A DNA stretch of 64,000 nucleotides from an uncultured bacterium. Its GTDB lineage: Bacteria; Desulfobacterota_D; UBA1144; Nemesobacterales; UBA2774. Below are positions 55,652-64,000 of this stretch, in pieces (position 1 is the first letter of the stretch; every line of letters starts with the position of its first letter). A model generated the notes under the pieces. The model ran no database searches. It had not been told where the DNA came from and worked only from the letters and a program-made list of their open reading frames with translations. Both the position numbers and the translations under genes were made by a program. The stretch spans positions 2,496,001-2,560,000 of the forward strand of contig CAWGRW010000009.1 in assembly GCA_963825135.1 (NCBI GenBank), given 5' to 3'.

Positions 55652-55822
55652 TTGCGATCGCAATGACATCTATTATTCTGTCATCGCGAGAACTGCTCTG
55701 ATGAATAAGAAGAGCAGGTCGCCATTGGCTGAATACTGTGCTCTTATATGCTAAGGCACATAGAATATTAATCCAAAACGGAGCGACTGTGGCGATCTCG
55801 CTTTATTCATGAGATTACCGCG
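55652..55822. repeat. REP-like modules TCGCAATGACA / TGTCATCGCGAG...GCGACTGTGGCGATCTC...GAGATTACCGCG
   Basis: Inverted GTCATTGCGA-type ends and a GCGATCTC/GAGATTAC stem. Confidence 0.6.
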
Positions 55823-55834
55823 GTATAAGAATTC

Positions 55835-56851
55835 CTACTTATACGCTATGGCGGCGCTCGAAGGGCCAATGAGGTGTATCACCTCGAACTTCCTGAACCC
55901 GGCCTCCGCGCACCACTCCGCGAAATCGGCGCCCGTGTAGTCAAACCCCTCGCCCGTCTCGATCAGCATGTTGAGGGACATCAGGAGACCGAACGTGTTC
56001 TCCCTGCGCTCGTCGTCGATAAGCTGCTCAATCACTATGAACGCCCCTTTTTCAGGAAGGGCATCGTACGCCGCCCTTATCAGGGCCTTTTTCTTATCGA
56101 GGCTCCAGTCGTGGAGTATCATCCCCATCGTAATCACCTCCGCTTTCGGAAGAGGGTCGCGGAAGAAGTCTCCTGAGGCGGTGGATATCCGGTCCGAGAG
56201 GCCCGCGCGCTCGATAGACCTTTTCGCGATGGGCTCGACCTCCGGGAGGTCGAAGGACGTGCATTTGAGGTTCCTGTGTTTTTCCGAGACCGCTATGGAG
56301 AGCACCCCCGCCGCCCCGCCCACGTCGCAGAGCGTCCTGTACCGGGAGAAGTCGAACTTCTGGGCGAGCGCGACGAAATTATGCCGCGATATGCCGGCCA
56401 TCGCCCCCATGAACTGCTCGAGGCGCGGTATGTCCGAGTATAGCTCCTCGAAGAGGGACTTCCGGCTGTGCTTTATCTCGTTCTGCGCCATTCCGGTCTT
56501 AAGCGCGTCGCCGAGGTCGTCCCAGTATTTATAGAGCCGCTTGTTGAGCATTTCGAGAATGCCGCCCAGGTACGAAGGGCTCTCCCTGTCGAGATACGCG
56601 CGTGTGGCCTCGGTGTTGGAGTAGAGCGCTCCGGGACCGTCCCCTTCCCTGCCGAGGAATCCCATGGAGAGGAGCGCGTCGAGGAAGTCCCGGACGCCTC
56701 TCGGGTGCAGCGACAGCTTCTCCCCAATCTCTCCCGCGGTCATGGATTTGTCGCCGAGCTCGGTGAACAGGCCGAACTCGACAGCCGTAAGCAGTACCTT
56801 GGATTCCCAGAATCCGAATCCTGTGCGCATTATCGAGAATGGGTCTTTCAT
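55835..56851 (-). CDS. SAM-dependent O-methyltransferase (Methyltransf_2 with dimerisation domain)
   Basis: DVGGAAG, FDLPEV, GDFF, ILHDW. Confidence 0.9.
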   Translation of the reverse strand: MKDPFSIMRTGFGFWESKVLLTAVEFGLFTELGDKSMTAGEIGEKLSLHPRGVRDFLDALLSMGFLGREGDGPGALYSNTEATRAYLDRESPSYLGGILEMLNKRLYKYWDDLGDALKTGMAQNEIKHSRKSLFEELYSDIPRLEQFMGAMAGISRHNFVALAQKFDFSRYRTLCDVGGAAGVLSIAVSEKHRNLKCTSFDLPEVEPIAKRSIERAGLSDRISTASGDFFRDPLPKAEVITMGMILHDWSLDKKKALIRAAYDALPEKGAFIVIEQLIDDERRENTFGLLMSLNMLIETGEGFDYTGADFAEWCAEAGFRKFEVIHLIGPSSAAIAYK

Positions 56852-57031
56852 GGGCATTAATATACCCGCTATAAGTAAACTTTTTTCCTTAATGGAAAAA
56901 ACAAAGATACCACACGTAATACGGCACACAATGTTTGTTTTATGAAAAGGCAAAGGAAGGAAATATTATTTCTTCTTTTCCTCCTCAAATTGCAGGAGCG
57001 GCTTCCAGCCGCGATCCGTTATTTTGAAAGG

Positions 57032-57358
57032 ACTGGATTCCCGATAAAGGAATTCGGGAATGACAAATCATTTCCCCCCTTAGGAAAAGGGGAACAGTTC
57101 CGAACGTGTGAGGAATTGGTCGGAGTTGATTAAAAGCAAAGAAGTCCCATAATCGAAGTGACATGGTATTTGAAACCAGATTCAGGGGGATTTAGTCTTT
57201 GATGATGACTGTTGAGGGATTAACGAAAAGGCAAACGGAAAATCCTCCCTAACCCTCCTTTTCCTAAGGAGGGAATTAACTATGCAAGGCGAACTTGCTG
57301 CAGTTGCTGGATTGAGCTGAAGAGTCTGGACAGAATCATAAAACACACGTTGTGTGTG
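57032..57358. repeat. Intergenic repeat mosaic: CTGGATTCCCG..CGGGAATGAC, CCCCTT..AAGGGG, AATCCTCCCTAACCCTCCTT..AAGGAGGG, and element copy D (57291-57358)
   Basis: 57240-57275 is the reverse complement of 63490-63525 with one mismatch. Confidence 0.8.
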
Positions 57359-59233
57359 TCAGCCCTCGAGCACGAGGTTGAACACGGAGGAGTCTACGTG
57401 CACCTTGTCGCGGAGCTTCTCGTTCACCGCTATGTATATCCTGTCCCCGTATCTCGACAGGCGGTTGATGAGCGTGTGCAGGTGATGGCGCTCGGCCTCG
57501 TGTATCTCCTCGATATTGAGCGTGACCGAGGAGGACGAGCTCTGGAGCACGTTTTCTATGTGCGTGCCCATGCGCTCGAAGAATTCCCCGCCGAGCACCC
57601 CTTTCATGGATATGGAGAGGTTGTGCGCCGCGTTCCTTACCCTATCGAGGGATACTTCGAGCACGCCCTTTTTGAGATAGCGCTCGAAGGTTTCCTCGAA
57701 CGCCGCGAGGTGGTTCCTGGCGAGGCTGCCCTCTTCTTCCGTTACCCTTATGAAATGACGGTCGATGTAATTCCTCATCGAGATGCCTATGATCCAGTCC
57801 TGCACGACGAGCGGAACCATGCCCGGGTTCGTGAACGGGAACGTCCTTAAGACATGATACGCCCTCGAAAACCCGCCCGGTATTATGCCGTTCACGATGA
57901 AGTTCTTAAGCGAGCGTATCTGGTCCCCGATGCCGTACGTGCTCCTGAAAATGGGGTTCTTCATGTATTTCATTTTATTCCCTATCCTCTCGGCTATGGT
58001 CGCGTCGTCAAGGAGCCTGTAGTAGAGCTCCCGGTAGCCGCTCACCATCTCGTCGTAGGACATCTGTTTCGGTATGAGGTTCGTGCCGAGCTTGGTGTTG
58101 TCGGTCCCGCTCGCTTCCTTGAGCAGGCGGCCGTCTTTCTCCAGACGCTCGTAAAGAGGCGTCTTGGGCACGGCCGTGAGGAGGCCTATCATCGCCGCCT
58201 GAATGCCGGAGCTCTGTATGAAATTGTACTGGAGGTCGAACGTGCGGACGGTATCGTTATCGAACCCGATTATGAAGCCCGCGAGCACCTCTATGCCGTA
58301 TGAATAAACGTGCCTTATGGAGCTGAGTATGTCGCCCCTCGTGTTCTGGAACTTGAGCGTTTCCTTCAAGCTCCCCTCGTCCGGGGACTCTATGCCTATG
58401 AACACCCAGCCGAAGTTCGCCTTCGTGAAGAGCTCCAGAAGCTCGTCGTCTTGCGCGATGTTGAGAGACGCCTCGGTCCCGAAGAGGAATTTGTAGTCGT
58501 GCTCCTTCTGATAATCCGTCAGGTAAGCCATGAGCTTCTTGGCGACGGGCTTGTTTCCGATCAGGTTGTCGTCGACGAAGAATACGTTCGTGACGTTTAA
58601 TTTCCTAAGCTCGTCGAGCTCCCTCCCCACCTGCTCGAACGCCTTGACCCTGGGCTTCCGCCCGAACATTACTATTATGTCGCAGAACTCGCACCGGTAC
58701 GGGCACCCCCTGGAGAACTGGAGGCTCACCGCCTGGTACTTGTCGAGCTTGAGCAGGTCGAACCGGGGCGTCGGGGAGTCCTCGAGCGAGACCTCTTCGC
58801 ATTCCTTATAGAGCTTCGCCGGGGAGCCGCTGTCAAAATCGGCGCAGAACCTCTTCCATATGTATTCGGCTTCGCCCGCGACCACGGTGTCGGCTATCGT
58901 CTGATAGTACTCCGGGCACAGGGAGGCGTAACTCCCGCCGGCGACGACGTAGTACCCCCTGTTCCTGTAAAACCTGAGAAGCTCCTTCTGTCTCAGGAAC
59001 TGCACCCCCATCCCGCAGACGCCTATGACGTCGGCCACGGGGTTGAGCGGTATGGTCTCGATGTTTTCGTCTATTATTTCGATTTCCCACTCGGACGGGC
59101 TCAGGGCCGCGAGCGTCGCCAGCCCCAGGGGCGGGTTTATGGTCCTTATGTCCCGGGGCATGATGTTGTCGACCGCCCATTTGAAGCTCCAGAAGCTCTC
59201 CGGGAATCTCGGGTTAATGAGTAAAAGTTTCAT
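57359..59233 (-). CDS. B12-binding radical SAM protein (DUF4070 type) with an extra C-terminal domain
   Basis: PPLGLATLAAL, SRGCPYRCEFC, FFVDDN, FIGIES, FIIGFDND. Confidence 0.9.
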   Translation of the reverse strand: MKLLLINPRFPESFWSFKWAVDNIMPRDIRTINPPLGLATLAALSPSEWEIEIIDENIETIPLNPVADVIGVCGMGVQFLRQKELLRFYRNRGYYVVAGGSYASLCPEYYQTIADTVVAGEAEYIWKRFCADFDSGSPAKLYKECEEVSLEDSPTPRFDLLKLDKYQAVSLQFSRGCPYRCEFCDIIVMFGRKPRVKAFEQVGRELDELRKLNVTNVFFVDDNLIGNKPVAKKLMAYLTDYQKEHDYKFLFGTEASLNIAQDDELLELFTKANFGWVFIGIESPDEGSLKETLKFQNTRGDILSSIRHVYSYGIEVLAGFIIGFDNDTVRTFDLQYNFIQSSGIQAAMIGLLTAVPKTPLYERLEKDGRLLKEASGTDNTKLGTNLIPKQMSYDEMVSGYRELYYRLLDDATIAERIGNKMKYMKNPIFRSTYGIGDQIRSLKNFIVNGIIPGGFSRAYHVLRTFPFTNPGMVPLVVQDWIIGISMRNYIDRHFIRVTEEEGSLARNHLAAFEETFERYLKKGVLEVSLDRVRNAAHNLSISMKGVLGGEFFERMGTHIENVLQSSSSSVTLNIEEIHEAERHHLHTLINRLSRYGDRIYIAVNEKLRDKVHVDSSVFNLVLEG

Positions 59234-59393
59234 CGCGCCTCCGCTCTGGCCTCGATCATCATCGCGTGATATGGATTAATGGTGATGGGTCCTTTCTGTC
59301 TCCATTGTAGATTATATTCCAAGGTTAATCAATAGATTTTAACGGCAGGAGTGGCATCGTCTTTCACGAGTTGCGTTCTCGCCCGATTTATAA

Positions 59394-59460
59394 GATTGCC
59401 GCGGTTACTGGTTTAGGCAAGGTAGTTCCGGTAGAATCGTAAGAACACACATTGCGTGCG
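59394..59460. repeat. ~70-bp CACAC/GTGTG element, copy E
   Basis: GAATCGTAAGAACACACATTGCGTGCG directly abutting the rraA stop. Confidence 0.7.
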
Positions 59461-59952
59461 TCACCCGCCAGGCATCCTGAGAGCCTGCGGGGACACTATG
59501 ATCCCCGTGCCGTCGGCGTAGACGTACTCTCCGGGCAGGAATGTTACCCCCGCGAAGGTCACGGCGACGCCCGTCTCTCCAGCTCCGTTCCTCTCGGTCT
59601 TGAGCGGTATCGAAGCGAGCGCCCTGATGCCGAGGTCGAGGCCCTTTAGAGCGTCCGCGTCCCTCACGGCGCCGTAAATGACGAGCCCCTCCCAACCGTT
59701 CTTCATTGCCGACTCGGCAATGAGGTCCCCCATAAGGGCCTTTCTCACCGAGCCTCCTCCGTCGACGACCATAACCTTGCCGCGCCCGGGCCTGCCGGCA
59801 ATTTCCTTCACGAACGAATTGTCCTCGAAGCACCTGACGGTGACGACCTCGCCCCCGAACGAGCGCCTGCCGCCGAAATCCCTGAATACGGGCTCGGCGA
59901 TACGGACGAGCGCGGGATAGAGGTCACAGAGGTCCGGGGTCGAGTATTCCAT
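59461..59952 (-). CDS. rraA: RraA/HMG aldolase family protein
   Basis: TPDLCD, CFEDNS, VVDGGGS, GAVRD, YADGTG. Confidence 0.9.
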   Translation of the reverse strand: MEYSTPDLCDLYPALVRIAEPVFRDFGGRRSFGGEVVTVRCFEDNSFVKEIAGRPGRGKVMVVDGGGSVRKALMGDLIAESAMKNGWEGLVIYGAVRDADALKGLDLGIRALASIPLKTERNGAGETGVAVTFAGVTFLPGEYVYADGTGIIVSPQALRMPGG

Positions 59953-60000
59953 GCGGGTTTATCCTGATACCGGGAATTTATACAGCCGGGGTGAGAAATT

Positions 60001-60513
60001 TCAAGCCTGTCCCCAAAGCTTCTTCGGGTATTGGAAGTCGAGGAGCTTGCCTTTGCTCTTCCCGACGTCCTTCCATTTTTCTGCCCTGAATTCGAGGAGC
60101 ACGACGCCGCATGTGGGGACGTTGTCTATCCCCGCGTCCGAGAGCTCGTTCACTGCGGCGGTGACGGCGGGGTTGTGGCCGACGATCATCACGGTGCCGT
60201 ACTTGTCGTCGAGCCCCTTTATCACGTCAATAAGGCCGCCCCCATCGAACGTGTAGAGCCCCTCGTCGACGAGCACGTCCGATTTCTGAAACCCGAGCTC
60301 TTTAGCAATCTTCTCGGCCGTCTTGAGAGCGCGCACTGCCGGGCTCGACGTGACGAGATCAGGCCTCAGCTTGTAATCAGCCAGGTGCTTGCCCATTTTA
60401 GGCGCTTCTTCCTTGCCCCTCCGGTTAAGTGGCCTCTGCCTGTCGTCGAGCCCGGCGTCGTCCCAGCTCGATTTTGCGTGGCGGACGATGAAGAGTGTTT
60501 TTGATTTCGGCAT
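60001..60513 (-). CDS. SixA-like histidine phosphatase
   Basis: RHAKS, RPLN.RG, SPAVRA..TA, VGHNP. Confidence 0.88.
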   Translation of the reverse strand: MPKSKTLFIVRHAKSSWDDAGLDDRQRPLNRRGKEEAPKMGKHLADYKLRPDLVTSSPAVRALKTAEKIAKELGFQKSDVLVDEGLYTFDGGGLIDVIKGLDDKYGTVMIVGHNPAVTAAVNELSDAGIDNVPTCGVVLLEFRAEKWKDVGKSKGKLLDFQYPKKLWGQA

Positions 60514-60624
60514 CGCGGATCTCCTCTCTCTAAAGGCTAACATCCGCGAGAGGTATGGCAAGGCGATTAGCAGTCCGGTCATTCCCGGGTTGGATTATAA
60601 CCGGGAGACCGGCGCGGTACTCTA

Positions 60625-60653
60625 TTGTTAATTCCCCCGATTTATTGTAAAAT
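60625..60653 (+). promoter_or_regulatory. Putative sigma70 promoter of IPTL-CTERM gene 1
   Basis: TTGTTA-N17-TAAAAT, conserved at 61395-61423. Confidence 0.6.
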
Positions 60654-60688
60654 TGACAAATTGTACAAATTTACAGGAGGATAAATAT

Positions 60689-61222
60689 ATGAATATATAC
60701 ACCCATAAAGCATTACCGTTTTACGTTTTCGCGCTGTCCGTATTGGGACTTTTGCTCATTCCGTCTTTTAGTAACACCGCCCACGCGCAGTGCGCGGTTA
60801 TAATCTGCAAGAGCGCGCCTGAATTACCGGTAGTCGATTTCAAGGTCGCTGAGCTTGTCTTTCCTTTCACCGTGTCGCAGGGCGGTGACTCCGATACGTT
60901 CGAGCTGGTTCCAAACAGCGAATGCTTCGTCTCAGCTTTCAGCGGTGATAACTACGAAGTCGTCGAAGAACCCCTCCCCGGTTGGGTGCTGGACAACGTC
61001 GAGTGCAGCGATTCGACGCTTGTCGACGTGACGTTCATCAGAAACGGGATCAGCCTCGACTGTCTCGGAGGAACGGAGATAACGTGCACGTTCACGAACG
61101 TAACTGGACACGTGTCGAACATTCCGACACTTTCCGAATGGGGGATGATCGCAGCTGCGGCCGGACTCGCGCTCGTCGGCGTGTTCTTCGCTGTGAGGCG
61201 CAGGAAGGCAGGTGTGGTTTAA
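60689..61222 (+). CDS. IPTL-CTERM sorting-signal surface protein 1
   Basis: Signal peptide (AHA|Q), six Cys, IPTLSEWG, TM, RRRK; AGGAGG RBS. Confidence 0.9.
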   Translation: MNIYTHKALPFYVFALSVLGLLLIPSFSNTAHAQCAVIICKSAPELPVVDFKVAELVFPFTVSQGGDSDTFELVPNSECFVSAFSGDNYEVVEEPLPGWVLDNVECSDSTLVDVTFIRNGISLDCLGGTEITCTFTNVTGHVSNIPTLSEWGMIAAAAGLALVGVFFAVRRRKAGVV

Positions 61223-61284
61223 GAAGGGATCAACAGAGTAAAAGATGAGACCCTGAAACGAGTTCAGGGTGACGAAAGAGTTGG

Positions 61285-61323
61285 AAGCCTCTTCCTCCCG
61301 AGCGGGGGAAGGGGCTTTTTTTT
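61285..61323 (+). terminator. Intrinsic terminator after IPTL gene 1
   Basis: GC-rich stem followed by a T-run; paralogous to 62048-62082. Confidence 0.75.
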
Positions 61324-61394
61324 GGAAACGGTTCCGTAATGACTTGAAATGTCAAAGTGTGCCGCTGTCCCGGCCGGAAATGACGGACGTTCTA

Positions 61395-61423
61395 TTGTTA
61401 ATCCCCCCGGTTTATTGTAAAAT
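61395..61423 (+). promoter_or_regulatory. Putative sigma70 promoter of IPTL-CTERM gene 2
   Basis: TTGTTA-N17-TAAAAT. Confidence 0.6.
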
Positions 61424-61455
61424 GGACATATTTAAGCAACTTAAAGGAGGAATAT

Positions 61456-61992
61456 ATGAATTCGAACATGCGCGGGGGATTGCCCTTTTACCTTTTTGCA
61501 CTGTCTTTATTGGGACTTTTGCTGATTCCGTCGTTCTATGACACCGCACTGGCACAGCCGGACTGCGGCATAACAATCTGTAAAAGCGCGCCCCAGCTGC
61601 CGGTGCCTCAATCCGAAGAAGAGTCGGTCTTCTTCCCGTTCTCCGAAATACGCGGACAGTCCGTTAACGACTTTTCCGTGGCAGCCAACGGAAGTTGTAC
61701 AGGGGGCGGCCTCGGTACCGGTGAGAGCGACGAGATTATCGAGGATCCCTTCGAAGGGTGGGAACTCGTAGATATCAATTGCGAGGGAGACCCGGGCATA
61801 GTTGTTACGCTCATCGAGAACGGCGTGAGCGCCCGTTGTGAGTCTCAAGGATTCACCACCTGCACATTCACGAACAGGAGACTTCCGGCGGTACCGACTC
61901 TCTCCGAATGGGGGATGATCGCGGCTGCGGGCGGACTCGCGCTCGTCGGCGTGTTCTTCGCGGTGAGGCGCAGGAGAGCGCAATCGGCGTAA
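61456..61992 (+). CDS. IPTL-CTERM sorting-signal surface protein 2
   Basis: Signal peptide (ALA|Q), six Cys, VPTLSEWG, TM, RRRR. Confidence 0.9.
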   Translation: MNSNMRGGLPFYLFALSLLGLLLIPSFYDTALAQPDCGITICKSAPQLPVPQSEEESVFFPFSEIRGQSVNDFSVAANGSCTGGGLGTGESDEIIEDPFEGWELVDINCEGDPGIVVTLIENGVSARCESQGFTTCTFTNRRLPAVPTLSEWGMIAAAGGLALVGVFFAVRRRRAQSA

Positions 61993-62047
61993 TTGGTGAA
62001 TTAAAAGATGAGATCCTGAAATAAATTCAGAATGATTGAAAATTTGG

Positions 62048-62082
62048 AGCCTCTTCCTCCGAGCGGGGGAAGAGGCTTTTTT
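62048..62082 (+). terminator. Intrinsic terminator after IPTL gene 2
   Basis: AGCCTCTTCCTCC-GAGC-GGGGGAAGAGGCT followed by a T-run. Confidence 0.8.
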
Positions 62083-62083
62083 G

Positions 62084-62572
62084 TTACGACCAGGGCTCCC
62101 TGTAGTAGTAAACGAAGTTGGCGACCGACGGCCTCTCCGTCCAGCCGAGCTTCTTGTAGAAACCGGTCTTGTACGAGAGCTTCTCCCTGCCGTTCGTGAG
62201 CATGAGCCTCATGCAGCCCCTCCTATTACCCTCCTCCATGACGCGCTCGACGAGGGCCTTCCCGACCCCCATGCCGCCCGAGGCGGGGCTTACGAACACG
62301 TCCGAGACGTACCCCTCGAGGCTCCCGAGCATTATGAACGGGACCCAGTGGACGTTCAGAAAGCCTATGACGCTGTCATTCTCATCGGCGGCGACTATTA
62401 TAGAATGCCCCTCCCTGTCCCTCTCGCAGTGCTCGATGAGTTTTTCGATCGGCCCCGCGACCTCGTCCGGAGGAAGGGCGTTTCTCTTCTCCGACCACCC
62501 GATCTCCCTCAGTATCTCCGCCATGCGGACCGCGTCTTTAGTTCTTGCTTCACGGATTTTTACGTCTGGCAT
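62084..62572 (-). CDS. GNAT N-acetyltransferase
   Basis: VFVSPASGGMGVGKAL acetyl-CoA motif, FYKKLGW. Confidence 0.88.
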   Translation of the reverse strand: MPDVKIREARTKDAVRMAEILREIGWSEKRNALPPDEVAGPIEKLIEHCERDREGHSIIVAADENDSVIGFLNVHWVPFIMLGSLEGYVSDVFVSPASGGMGVGKALVERVMEEGNRRGCMRLMLTNGREKLSYKTGFYKKLGWTERPSVANFVYYYREPWS

Positions 62573-62712
62573 TTGCGTCTCCGGTCCCGGGTATTTTTGA
62601 TTTATATTAACATTAAAAATATGGAAGGGCGGGGATCGTGTGGTATTCTTGAATCATCCGCTCTGCCGGACCATCTAATCAATTACCGAATAGCATCCAG
62701 GAGGTATTACAT

Positions 62713-63327
62713 ATGAGAATCGCAAAAGGCATTTCGGCGCTGCTTGTCGCCGTAATCATGCTCACGCTCGCGGGCGTTAGGGAAACGCGCGCCGAGGCCG
62801 TGACATACGTGATCGACCCCGATCACTCGCAGGTCATATTCAAGGTCAAGCACATGGGGATAAGCACGGTCACAGGCAGGTTCGACCTGATGGAAGGCTC
62901 GTACACGTTCGACGACAAGGACATTAGTAAATCGAGCGTAGAGACGACTATCACCACGGCGAGCATCAATACGAACAAGCAGAAGAGGGACGACCACCTG
63001 AAATCCCCCGACTTCCTCGACGTCTCGAAGTACCCCGCTATCACGTTCAAGAGCAAGGAAGTGAAGAAAGGTAACGGGGACGAATTCACTATAATCGGAG
63101 ACCTCACTATAAACGGCGTTACGAAGCAGGTGGAGCTTGCGGCGGAGTACGGCGGCAAGGCCAAGGACCCGATGGGGAACGAGCGCACCGCGTTCACGGC
63201 GAAGACGAAAATAGACAGGAAGGACTACGGGATTACCTGGAACAAGACGCTCGACTCCGGAGGACTCGTAGTCGGGGACGACGTGAACATCGAGCTTGAT
63301 GTCGAGGGGATCAGGAAGAAGGGGTAG
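62713..63327 (+). CDS. YceI-family periplasmic lipid/polyisoprenoid-binding protein
   Basis: IDPDHS.V.F, RDDHLKSPDF, GDLTING, IDRKDYG. Confidence 0.92.
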   Translation: MRIAKGISALLVAVIMLTLAGVRETRAEAVTYVIDPDHSQVIFKVKHMGISTVTGRFDLMEGSYTFDDKDISKSSVETTITTASINTNKQKRDDHLKSPDFLDVSKYPAITFKSKEVKKGNGDEFTIIGDLTINGVTKQVELAAEYGGKAKDPMGNERTAFTAKTKIDRKDYGITWNKTLDSGGLVVGDDVNIELDVEGIRKKG

Positions 63328-63361
63328 TAATAAATTTTAACTCCTAAGAATTTTAGACATC

Positions 63362-63708
63362 TGTAGGAGCGGGTTCCCGGGTCAAGTCCGGGACGGGCCA
63401 GCAGCGATTGATTTCGGAATCTGCCGCAGGAAGCCTGGAAAGCTAAATCCCCCTAAATCCCCTTTTTCCAAAGGGGGAAAATGTTTTAGTTCCCTCCTTA
63501 GAAAAAGGAGGGTTAGGGAGGATTTAAAAAATCACGCATACAATGAACGGGTGGTGAGTCACCGTGGACGTGCGGGCGTATAGCTCGTTCAATCCTTCGA
63601 CCCTCCGACAAGCTCAGGACAGGCGAGCTCAGGATAAACGGGCTGGCTTCTTTCGTTGGCGAAAGCAGAGGAGGATCGGAGAAATCGCGGAACACAATAT
63701 GTGTGTGC
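63362..63708. repeat. Intergenic repeat mosaic: GTAGGAGCGGG module, CCCC..GGGG palindromes, nested TCCTTCGAC/CTCAGGA modules, element copy F (63637-63708)
   Basis: Shares modules with 51463-51750 and 57072-57275. Confidence 0.75.
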
Positions 63709-64000
63709 CTACTCGACCTTTATTTCCTCGTCCGTCCGGTCCTTGATTTCGGTTTCGGTTATGACGGCCGAGCCGGTCTCGCAGATTCCTTCGGGCTCAG
63801 GCGCGTTCCGTTTGACCTCGACCGCGGTTTCCTTAACCGAAATCTTTTCGAGGGCGAGCGAGGATTCGAGCTTCACGAGGTCTTCCGTGATGCATGTCCC
63901 GGCCCCTTCCCCGATCTTCCATTCGGTGCACTTCTCGCCGCCTACTGTCTTCTCCCCTACCCGCTTCGCGCCCATGTTGGTCATGAACTCCTCGGTGAAC
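63709..64000 (-). CDS. Hypothetical protein, C-terminal part (runs off the window)
   Basis: Open frame with GEKTVGGEKCTEW motif; its stop abuts repeat copy F. Confidence 0.6.
   Translation of the reverse strand, partial: FTEEFMTNMGAKRVGEKTVGGEKCTEWKIGEGAGTCITEDLVKLESSLALEKISVKETAVEVKRNAPEPEGICETGSAVITETEIKDRTDEEIKVE

Noticed and set aside
47534..63708. Repeats as a CRISPR array or integron cassette array
   Set aside because: No regular repeat-spacer periodicity, no cas or intI gene, no attC core ends, and the flanked genes include housekeeping mnmA and mtaB.

Overview
Bacterial chromosomal window, mostly housekeeping genes on the minus strand. Heavy ATA/AGG codon use and IPTL-CTERM proteins suggest Ca. 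Dadabacteria or a related Desulfobacterota-like lineage (inference only). The left and middle carry hemB, metH, gloB, a thrC-MoaD/ThiS pair, grpE-dnaK-dnaJ, ppx, EF-G II, rpmE and rpoH-dnaK2. They also carry a TCA cluster (acnA-icd-mdh-sdhCAB-sucC, with an actinobacterial Sdh1-like membrane anchor), a fab cluster lacking plsX/fabH, an Opp ABC transporter, nfeD-SPFH, an AAA-VWA pair, mnmA-mtaB, a degenerate adenylate-cyclase-like membrane protein and rplU-rpmA. From about 47.5 kb the intergenic spaces hold a modular mosaic of palindromic repeats. These include a ~70-bp CACAC-N3-GTGTG element that abuts stop codons, a long variable-loop hairpin, and REP-like modules nested inside one another. 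The accessory genes between them are an SQR-like flavoprotein, an O-methyltransferase, a B12 radical SAM with a STAS-like tail, and tandem IPTL-CTERM surface proteins. Four frameshifts (mdh, acnA, oppA twice) are probably sequencing errors. No tRNA, rRNA, CRISPR array, integrase or transposase was seen.
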